From Candidatus Thorarchaeota archaeon (GTDB lineage Archaea; Asgardarchaeota; Thorarchaeia; Thorarchaeales; Thorarchaeaceae): a stretch of 17,827 bases of DNA. Positions 7,954 to 15,239 of the stretch are shown in pieces (the stretch's first letter is position 1; each line of letters starts with the position of its first letter). The stretch is from assembly GCA_048882385.1 (NCBI GenBank), contig JBHLRQ010000067.1, forward strand, positions 1-17,827, written 5' to 3'. The notes under the pieces were generated by a model. The model was not told the origin of the DNA, did no database searches, and worked only from the letters and a program-made list of their open reading frames with translations. The position numbers and the translations under genes were made by a program.

Positions 7954-8544
7954 TCAAATCTCCGCAACTATCTCTGCACATTCTTTAGCGAAATCTGAGA
8001 TATGCTCTAATTCAGCTACAATCTTTCGCATTATGTAGCAGACGAAATCCGAATCGCCTCCAGTAGCAACTGAAATTTGACGACATATGACAATGTTGTC
8101 CTCGTCGATTTCCCTTTCGAGTTTAATAAGAATCTCAAGTGTTTGATCAATTTCACTTAGATTGTTGGCTCTTTGATTTACCATGTTTTTCAAAGCAGTC
8201 ATCATTTCATGAACTTTGGAAGAAATTGTAGACAGCGAATCCATGAAAATTTCATTGAAAGCCTCATCTTGTAGAATATCGATTAGAACCAGAACTCTAA
8301 GAAATGTGTGTTGGATGTTTAGGAGGTGGGAAATGATGGATTGTGTCAAGATTCCAAGTTCATTACGTGGAAGCTTCTTAGAAAAAGCATACTTGTCAAC
8401 TAGTCCTCGAATATACCTGAAAGCATCTTTTCGTTTATTTAACCAAACTTCATCGGCTAACTCTTCACAATTAATGCAAAGCCGTTTGTGAATATACTCG
8501 CTAAGCTTTTCTTGGACTTCAAGAATATTGGAGATTTGGTCCAT
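7954..8544 (-). CDS. PhoU-like helical-bundle protein
   Basis: LEREIDE (ExxxD) and ELEHISDFAKECAE match the PhoU LERIGDHAxNIAE pattern in the C-terminal repeat. The N-terminal repeat is degenerate. Confidence 0.7.
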   Translation of the reverse strand: MDQISNILEVQEKLSEYIHKRLCINCEELADEVWLNKRKDAFRYIRGLVDKYAFSKKLPRNELGILTQSIISHLLNIQHTFLRVLVLIDILQDEAFNEIFMDSLSTISSKVHEMMTALKNMVNQRANNLSEIDQTLEILIKLEREIDEDNIVICRQISVATGGDSDFVCYIMRKIVAELEHISDFAKECAEIVAEI

Positions 8545-8580
8545 GATGGCACTTCTATCCAGAGTGTCAGTTGTCAGTGA

Positions 8581-8832
8581 TCATTCCTCCTCCGCGTTAG
8601 TTCTTCTCCATGCTAATGCAAAATCTACATGGATGAAGTGTCGTCGAATCGTGACTTCGATTCCTGTTTCTATAGGTTCACCCAGAGGAACTTCTATCAC
8701 TCCTTCCTTCAATGTGGGCATTGGAAGTTCAAGCTTATCTCCCGCCCGTATTTGTTCTGCAATTTCGACAAGTAGATCAGCTAAATTGCTTAGCGTCTTC
8801 TCTTCTTCGAACTCATATTCTTCAATACGCAT
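8581..8832 (-). CDS. Amphi-Trp domain protein
   Basis: 83 aa from ATG 8832, with SD-like AGGAG 8 nt upstream. Pattern EFEEEKTLSNLADLLVEIAEQIRAG...IEV...VDFALAW: an amphipathic helix plus the C-terminal Trp. Confidence 0.75.
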   Translation of the reverse strand: MRIEEYEFEEEKTLSNLADLLVEIAEQIRAGDKLELPMPTLKEGVIEVPLGEPIETGIEVTIRRHFIHVDFALAWRRTNAEEE

Positions 8833-8934
8833 CTTGCATTCTCCTTTGAAACGCAATGCAATTGCTTGTTTCTTTGTGAATGACCCCTTTTTAGAGTAAC
8901 CTTTTGTACCTACCTAGTCAAATTCGACCAGCAC

Positions 8935-8944
8935 CCTTAATTGG
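8935..8944 (+). promoter_or_regulatory. TATA-like element upstream of trpS
   Basis: ccTTAATTgg lies about 47 nt before ATG 8991. The same decamer lies upstream of the Nre gene. Confidence 0.35.
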
Positions 8945-8990
8945 AAATCCGGAATCATTGGCCTAATTATTCAGAAGGAAGCGCATCCAA

Positions 8991-10136
8991 ATGGGTGAAG
9001 ACAAAGACTTCATAGTGACTCCCTGGAAAGTAGAAGGGAAGATTGACTATGATCGCCTCATCGAGGAGTTCGGTACTGAACGTATAACAAAAGAACTAAG
9101 GAACCGAATTTTCAAAATAACGAAAGAGAAGCACTTCATGTTAGAAAGAGAGCTGTTCTTCTCTCACAGAGACCTCGGTTGGATCCTTGATGAGTATGAG
9201 AAGGGAAACAAATTCATTATCTATACCGGTAGAGGACCAAGTGGTCATGTTCACATAGGTCATCTTGTGCCATGGATCTTCACAAAGTGGATGCAGGAGA
9301 AGTTTGATACACGACTCTATTTCCAACTCACAAATGATGAAAAATTCTTCTTTGAATCTCAGCTGAGCCTCGAGGAGGTTCAAGAGTTCACCTATGAGAA
9401 CATCCTTGATTTCATTGCTTTAGGATTTGAACCAGAGAACACATTCGTTTTGCGAGACATTGAGCACATCGACATGATGTATGAACTTGCTGCAAGAGTT
9501 GCTAAGAAAGTCACATTCTCTACAGCTAAAGCTGTCTTTGGATTTGACAATTCGATGAATATCGGTGGAATCTGGTATCCAGCAATGCAAGCTGTCCCAG
9601 CTTTTCTCCACTCTTGGATTACTGGTAAGAAGACTCCATGCATCATTCCATGTGCAATCGACCAAGATCCACATTGGAGAGTGACGCGCGATGTTGCAGA
9701 AAAGCTTGGTTATTTCAAACCAGGAAGTATTCAGTGCTCTTTTGTCCCTGGTTTAAAAGAAGATGGTAAGATGTCTGCATCAGATCCGATGGCTGCGATA
9801 TATACAGTTGATTCTCCAAAGCTCGCCAAGAAAAAGGTCATGAATGCGTTCACCGGTGGAAGAACTACTGTAGAAGAACAAAGGAAACTAGGAGCAAATC
9901 CGGATATCTGCAGCGTATTCAAGTGGTATAATTTCATTTTCATGCCAGATGATAAGGAACTAGATGATATCGAGAAGAAATGCCGGTCCGGTGAGATACT
10001 CTGTGGTGAGTGTAAACAAATTCTAGCTCCAAGAATGCTAGAATTCCTTGAGAAACATCAGGCTGCAAGAGAAGAAGCAAAAGAGCGAGTTGATGAGTTC
10101 TCAGCTTCCCGACTTCGAGAAGAAATTAGACGCTAG
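8991..10136 (+). CDS. trpS: Tryptophan--tRNA ligase, archaeal/eukaryotic type
   Basis: VTPW, YTGRGPSGHVHIGH (HIGH), AIDQDPHWR, KMSAS (KMSKS-like) and AFTGGR. Confidence 0.98.
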   Translation: MGEDKDFIVTPWKVEGKIDYDRLIEEFGTERITKELRNRIFKITKEKHFMLERELFFSHRDLGWILDEYEKGNKFIIYTGRGPSGHVHIGHLVPWIFTKWMQEKFDTRLYFQLTNDEKFFFESQLSLEEVQEFTYENILDFIALGFEPENTFVLRDIEHIDMMYELAARVAKKVTFSTAKAVFGFDNSMNIGGIWYPAMQAVPAFLHSWITGKKTPCIIPCAIDQDPHWRVTRDVAEKLGYFKPGSIQCSFVPGLKEDGKMSASDPMAAIYTVDSPKLAKKKVMNAFTGGRTTVEEQRKLGANPDICSVFKWYNFIFMPDDKELDDIEKKCRSGEILCGECKQILAPRMLEFLEKHQAAREEAKERVDEFSASRLREEIRR

Positions 10137-10168
10137 AGCAACAGAAAATCCTCTCAGTACACCTATCA

Positions 10169-10182
10169 CGAAGTCTTAAATG
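10169..10182 (+). promoter_or_regulatory. BRE/TATA-like promoter for the zinc-ribbon gene pair
   Basis: cgaagtcTTAAATg lies about 50 nt upstream of ATG 10230, with SD-like GGAG at 10217-10220. Confidence 0.4.
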
Positions 10183-10229
10183 CCTAGAACACAAATTGCC
10201 ATCAAATACAGACTCTGGAGAGTTTGATA

Positions 10230-11258
10230 ATGGGTTCTGAAGAGCAAGCCGCAGACATATTCAAGTGTACTGTCTGCAATGGCAACGTAAAGACCGGACC
10301 CGACGACGTTGTAATCACTTGTACATATTGCGGTAGTACTACCACAATAGAAGGCAAGGTGATAGGCGATCATCTCATGGAAACCGCTGTGGACTCAGAC
10401 GTGCGAACAGAGGGGTTCCGTAACTTTTTGGATAAGAATAAAGGGATGAACAAATCTCTAGTGAAAGGTGCCCAAATAGTTGAGAATCGTCTAATCTATG
10501 TGCCTGTATGGACAGCTAAGGTCAAAGCTGATTCCTACTACAAAGGTTACAAGACAGTCCAAGTTCCGGTACAGAAAACGAGAACTGTTCGGGATTCTGA
10601 TGGAAACACAAGAACAGAAACCTACACGGACTACGAGACTGGATATGTTCCTGTTCAAGATGAGATTCATTCAGATACAAACGAACCATTCCTGGCTAGG
10701 AAAGGTGCAAGGTTCTATGGTCTTGAAGGTTATCTTGACACCATCAACCTGAGTGAAACAGTTCCTTATGATTTTGAGAAGATTAAGGACCTCGAACCAA
10801 CTATGCTGAACGCTGAGATTGGACAAGAGGAGTTCGAGCTAGCTGCCCACAGTCGTGTGTCTGATAGACATAGGTCTCAAGCGGCGAGTGGTCTGACCGA
10901 ATTGTTTGACTGCCGAACAACCACAAGTGTTAGAGATACAACCTATCTTCAAGCACCATTTTCCTTGATACGCTATAAATTCCAAGGTGACCTTTACAAA
11001 GCAGCGATTGATGGTCACACTGGCAAGGTTGTGCAGGGAGAAATTCCGATTACAATGGGTCAACGTGTTATGTGGACCCTGTTGGGACTTATTGGAATAA
11101 TAGTTGCTGGTGTCGGAGGAGAACTCCTAATGATGGGTATGAGTGCTGACGAGATGCTGTTTACTGTTGGCGGAATTGCATCAGTTATCGTTGGAATAGT
11201 TTTGACATTCGCTGGATTTAGAGTGCTGATAATGACTCAGCGAACAAAGAAGGGGTGA
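10230..11258 (+). CDS. Zinc-ribbon membrane protein, Bacillus YdjG-like (paralog 1)
   Basis: N-terminal CTVC...CTYCG, then IYVPVW and YKAAIDGHTGKVVQGEIPI, and two C-terminal TM helices. SD spacing favours ATG 10230 over TTG 10224. Confidence 0.7.
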   Translation: MGSEEQAADIFKCTVCNGNVKTGPDDVVITCTYCGSTTTIEGKVIGDHLMETAVDSDVRTEGFRNFLDKNKGMNKSLVKGAQIVENRLIYVPVWTAKVKADSYYKGYKTVQVPVQKTRTVRDSDGNTRTETYTDYETGYVPVQDEIHSDTNEPFLARKGARFYGLEGYLDTINLSETVPYDFEKIKDLEPTMLNAEIGQEEFELAAHSRVSDRHRSQAASGLTELFDCRTTTSVRDTTYLQAPFSLIRYKFQGDLYKAAIDGHTGKVVQGEIPITMGQRVMWTLLGLIGIIVAGVGGELLMMGMSADEMLFTVGGIASVIVGIVLTFAGFRVLIMTQRTKKG

Positions 11259-11262
11259 TATC

Positions 11263-12234
11263 ATGGCAAGATGTAATTTCTGCGATGCAGATTTTCAAAC
11301 TGGTCCCGGTGATCTTTTGCTAGTTTGTCCTTATTGCGGGACAGCTCAGACAACTGATGGTGAAAAATTCACGGACCACTATATGATAAGAGTCCATTTT
11401 GACCAGCATGAGTCACAGACCACCCTACTTGATTGGGTTTCCAAACAGCTTGGCACTCCTGAAGATTTACCTGTGAAGGCAAAATTCCTACAGGCTGAAC
11501 AGATTTGGTATCCATTCTGGATCAGCAGAGTCGATGCAGACACAACCTATCGAGGACTTGGAAAGGACGCTCATTTTCATAATGAATGGCCCCAACGTAG
11601 AGGTGCCTACAAGAATATTGAGTACTTTTGGAAACCTGAATCTGGTCGATTTACTCGAAGGCATGAAATTAACATAGCCGCAGTCAAAGAGATTGACCCA
11701 GATGTTCGTGGTCATCCAATACCAACTCGAGCAAAGGAATTCTTTAGTCATGCACATGCAGAAGAATTCGATGGCAAAGTGCTCCACAGTAACATGACCA
11801 TGGAACAGGCAAGGAGCATGGCTGAGCAGATTGCAAAGGACAAACAGACTCAGCTTGTGCTTCAAGAAGTCGATAAGATCGAATCTAGAGAAGACAATCT
11901 TGAGGTCGGTGAGACCTTCCTCATTCATGTACCTGTCTGGGAACTTGAATATCGATACGGGAATCGGAAATACAAAGCATCTGTTTCAGCTCCAACCGGT
12001 TATGTGATTGAGAGCAAATATCCAAGATCGATGGCTTTCAGAGCTGCAGGGATTGGAGTTGGCCTCATCATGCTTTTGATTGGCGGTGGTTTAATCACAC
12101 TTGCACTGGACTTATTGGGTTTCGGTCCAATTCTCCCAGGTGGAGGTCTGATTTCAGGCGGACTACTACTCATTATAGGGCTAATCTTGATGTATAAGGG
12201 TGCTTCTCGTAAGGAAGCCAAAGAGGAAGTGTAG
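11263..12234 (+). CDS. Zinc-ribbon membrane protein, YdjG-like (paralog 2)
   Basis: CNFC...CPYCG, WYPFW, HVPVWELEYRY, VSAPTGYVI and two C-terminal TM helices. SD-like GGGGTGA overlaps the upstream stop codon. Confidence 0.7.
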   Translation: MARCNFCDADFQTGPGDLLLVCPYCGTAQTTDGEKFTDHYMIRVHFDQHESQTTLLDWVSKQLGTPEDLPVKAKFLQAEQIWYPFWISRVDADTTYRGLGKDAHFHNEWPQRRGAYKNIEYFWKPESGRFTRRHEINIAAVKEIDPDVRGHPIPTRAKEFFSHAHAEEFDGKVLHSNMTMEQARSMAEQIAKDKQTQLVLQEVDKIESREDNLEVGETFLIHVPVWELEYRYGNRKYKASVSAPTGYVIESKYPRSMAFRAAGIGVGLIMLLIGGGLITLALDLLGFGPILPGGGLISGGLLLIIGLILMYKGASRKEAKEEV

Positions 12235-12248
12235 GACAACCTACACTC

Positions 12249-12264
12249 CTTTTCTTTTCTTTTT
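12249..12264 (+). terminator. Oligo-T terminator candidate for the zinc-ribbon pair
   Basis: cttttcttttcttttt starts 15 nt after stop 12234, in the gap between convergent genes. Confidence 0.6.
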
Positions 12265-13433
12265 CAACTGATTCCATCTAATGGTGAGCTCTGCTCAATT
12301 GTCGTATATGCACCACTAAAATTATCCAGCAATGGTTCGCTTTCAGTCCAAATTGGTAGACTAGGAGTGAGTATCGACTCAAGTACCATGAGTGAATTTA
12401 CTCGGTTATCGAGCTCTATTGAGTCTGATTCTAGTGCCGCCTTGACTCCTGCTCTGACTACCCAAGGTCCAAGGATGTTGTTCTTGTTATTTCTCGCAAA
12501 ATGGAAGATAGTAACATGAGCTCTCTCTTGCTCTTCGACAAGATATTGATAACCTGAAAATCTTGCATGATCTCCGAATACTGCAGTCTTTGGATCAGTA
12601 ACTGCATTCTTTAATCGTTCAAAGCTTGAACCTCGTTCAATACCTTTTGGGGTTCTTTCTATCCTCAAATAGTCCACACGTGGTTCACCCGGTTGAATGA
12701 GAATAGTGAAACTCTCATCGATGAAATCAGATGTGAAAATTCGATATGATACAGATCTCTTCTTTCCAAGAAGTTCTATTAGGCTTTGATTTATGTACCC
12801 ATCAATTACAGCTTTGTATGCTCCACGGGTTGGAACAAGTCTTCTACTATCTGTTCTACCAAGAAGTCCAACTGACATCAGGCGCGCTACCTGATCTAGT
12901 GAATAATCATAGTCTAACAATTTCCACGTAGCTTCGGATGCAGGAATGTCTAGTTGTGTGATATTCTGAGCAACTCTACTGATTTCGGGTTCTGAAACGA
13001 TTTCAATTGATTGTATATCCACAGTTGGACTAGCTGGAAGTTGTCCACCAAGAGGTTGAAGCCCTTTTGGGGGTATGCTTGCAGTTTCCACCTCAATAGC
13101 CACAGGACTTACGGACAAAGCTATAGTCTGCAGGACCTCAACGAACTCTGAGGACTTTATAGCTCTTGCATTAATCGGAACTGAGAATCTATACAATTCA
13201 CGTCTCATAGACAGGATAGTTTCTCTGTTCAAACCTGTCCATGACTCTGGATGATCGAAAATCGAGAGGTATTCCTGAGCATCAGTGGAAGCCAAAATGC
13301 CCACTGTCATCATTGGATATTTAGCAGCCTCAACAGTAACACCGGGTGGACTGAATACTGTAACATATCTACTAGAGGATGCCTGTCCAAGTTGCATTTG
13401 TGTCGTTCGAACGTGGCCAATTGCCATATCCAT
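12264..13433 (-). CDS. Nre-family (archaeal DNA repair, NreA-like) protein, divergent
   Basis: SPPGVTVEAAKYP, DHPESW, SVGLLG...RRLVPTR and LGPWVVR follow Nre motifs (SPPSVFVGxxGYP, RRLVPTRWSITA, PLGVW). Start is ATG 13433 or 13427. Confidence 0.8.
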   Translation of the reverse strand: MDMAIGHVRTTQMQLGQASSSRYVTVFSPPGVTVEAAKYPMMTVGILASTDAQEYLSIFDHPESWTGLNRETILSMRRELYRFSVPINARAIKSSEFVEVLQTIALSVSPVAIEVETASIPPKGLQPLGGQLPASPTVDIQSIEIVSEPEISRVAQNITQLDIPASEATWKLLDYDYSLDQVARLMSVGLLGRTDSRRLVPTRGAYKAVIDGYINQSLIELLGKKRSVSYRIFTSDFIDESFTILIQPGEPRVDYLRIERTPKGIERGSSFERLKNAVTDPKTAVFGDHARFSGYQYLVEEQERAHVTIFHFARNNKNNILGPWVVRAGVKAALESDSIELDNRVNSLMVLESILTPSLPIWTESEPLLDNFSGAYTTIEQSSPLDGIS

Positions 13434-13452
13434 ACCCCCGTCTGAGGTGGAC

Positions 13453-13462
13453 CCAATTAAGG
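13453..13462 (-). promoter_or_regulatory. TATA-like element upstream of the Nre-like gene
   Basis: ccTTAATTgg on the minus strand lies 20-30 nt upstream of the start and is identical to the trpS element. Confidence 0.35.
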
Positions 13463-13613
13463 AGTGGACTAAATTTGCTAAGTCTATTATCCAGCATTCT
13501 TTTCCTTTCGAATGAATTGCGTAAGAGGTGAGGGAGATATCCGAAAGTATCCTTTTTCTAGAAAGACATATAGTGCTGACGAATTACTCGTCTTCAATCA
13601 CGGCGGGAGCTCC

Positions 13614-15239
13614 TTGAACGAATCCTCTGAAGCGAAAGGACATGAAGTAATTCTAAATGAGTCCGATTCAGAGGCAAGATCTATTTTTACTAAACTGATT
13701 GACTGGTTTCATTCAAATCCTGTGCCTGTTACACTCTTCATTGTATCTGTCATTACAACCGCAATTTCTTGTGCTTACTACATCAGCACCATGCTTGGTC
13801 TTGGAAATCCGGGTTTCACTCTTGATGACTCATGGATTCATCTACAATTCGCTCGGACAATATATGAAGGAACCCCCTGGGAGTATTCACCTAGTTATCC
13901 TAGTACAGGATCTACAAGTCCCCTATGGTCAATCCTTCTCTCAGTCATCTTCTTCTTCACATCTGATACAATCTCAGTTGTCTGGGGAGTCCTAATGATT
14001 TCAATACTCTTCTTCATTGCTTGTTCGTTTCTTGTTGGCTATTTAATTCAAGCATATACAGAAAGTTCTCTTTGGGGAATTGTAGGAATTCTGGGATTTG
14101 TAATTCTCCCAAGGAATACCTGGCTGATGCTATCTGGAATGGAAACCCCACTCTTCATGTTCATACTTCTTTTCTCAATTTATCTTCTTGATAGAACCGA
14201 TCTCAAAGCTGACTTGTTACTTGGAGTGTTTGCGGGACTTGCGTATCTCTCGAGACCTGAGGGAGTGCTTATTGCAGTCCTACTCATTCCGTTCCGATTT
14301 CTCATGCTTAGTTACAAACGACAAGTCAATCGAAAACGAATTCTGACATTGATCATTTCAGGGATTGTTGCCATAATTATTGTACTCCCATGGATTCTCC
14401 ACTGTATCAATGTTACAGGTCTACCTCTTCCAGACACCTTCTATGCAAAGGTCCATTCCCCAACAGATGTTGAAAAGGAAGCATGGGACATCTGGTGGTA
14501 CTTTTTCGTAAGAGAAATGTATTTTCTATTATTCGGAATATCTGCAGGAGTCTTCCTTCTATTGAAAGGGAAACCATTTCCGTGGATTCTGGCAGTCTCT
14601 CTAACCATACTCTATAGACTCTCCGCACCTTATGCATCACTCATCAATAATGCTAGATACTTGGTACCAATCTTTGATTTATTTCTAATAGCAGCTGTTG
14701 TCTTTGCTGCATGGATCATTGAAGCTTCATTTGAGAAGCTTTTGAAAGTGAAAGGTACGATGGACGTAAGATACCTCTCTGTGATTGCAATCAGTATTTT
14801 ACTATTAGTCCCTCTCATCCCTTCCTATGTATCACAGGCTGACTATTTCACAAAATCAGTCAGGACAATTAATGACATGCATGTCGGAATTGGAACTTGG
14901 CTTGCCGAAAACACTCCCGAAGATGCAGTTTTTGCCACTCATGATGCTGGTGCTATTAGGTATATATCAGGTAGGAGAATGATAGATTTAGCAGGTCTTC
15001 TCAGTCCTGACATTATCCATGGAAATATGTCGTCTACTGAAACATTGAGGTACCTGCGGCAACAAGGCTGCAACTACTTTGTATTCTTTGATGAATTGTT
15101 CATATGGTGGACCTTATTTTTGCCCTCGAATGCTTACGAAAGGATATACACAGTTCATATTCCTCCTGAGATATATGCAAGTGCTGGGAGAGATACAATG
15201 TCTGTTTTCCAGATCTATTGGGAAAATACAACTTACTAA
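13614..15239 (+). CDS. GT-C fold membrane glycosyltransferase (PMT/AftB-like)
   Basis: LDDSWIHLQFAR, GSTSPLW, SGMETPL, SRPEG, PLPDTFYAK and DAGAIRY...IDLAGL, with many TM helices and a soluble C-terminal domain. The ORF is open from 13512. TTG 13614 is preferred because of GGGAG at 13605-13609 and a promoter-like gaaagacatatag at 13561-13573. Confidence 0.8.
   Translation: MNESSEAKGHEVILNESDSEARSIFTKLIDWFHSNPVPVTLFIVSVITTAISCAYYISTMLGLGNPGFTLDDSWIHLQFARTIYEGTPWEYSPSYPSTGSTSPLWSILLSVIFFFTSDTISVVWGVLMISILFFIACSFLVGYLIQAYTESSLWGIVGILGFVILPRNTWLMLSGMETPLFMFILLFSIYLLDRTDLKADLLLGVFAGLAYLSRPEGVLIAVLLIPFRFLMLSYKRQVNRKRILTLIISGIVAIIIVLPWILHCINVTGLPLPDTFYAKVHSPTDVEKEAWDIWWYFFVREMYFLLFGISAGVFLLLKGKPFPWILAVSLTILYRLSAPYASLINNARYLVPIFDLFLIAAVVFAAWIIEASFEKLLKVKGTMDVRYLSVIAISILLLVPLIPSYVSQADYFTKSVRTINDMHVGIGTWLAENTPEDAVFATHDAGAIRYISGRRMIDLAGLLSPDIIHGNMSSTETLRYLRQQGCNYFVFFDELFIWWTLFLPSNAYERIYTVHIPPEIYASAGRDTMSVFQIYWENTTY

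Noticed and set aside
8565-8578. TGTCAGT tandem repeat upstream of the PhoU-like gene resembling a Pho box
   Set aside because: The period is 7 bp rather than the 11 bp of PhoB boxes, it lies within an apparent operon, and PhoB regulation is not expected in an archaeon.
8833-8856. Longer start for the amphi-Trp ORF given in the track (8856)
   Set aside because: The extension contains the SD-like AGGAG that serves ATG 8832.
2312-8899. Plus-strand ORFs antisense to the transporter cluster (e.g. 6755-7198, 7238-7711, 8528-8899)
   Set aside because: They are shadows of well-supported minus-strand genes and show no recognisable motifs.
13512-13613. N-terminal extension of the glycosyltransferase from ATG 13512
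   Set aside because: It contains promoter-like and SD-like elements that point to TTG 13614. It is disfavoured but not fully excluded.
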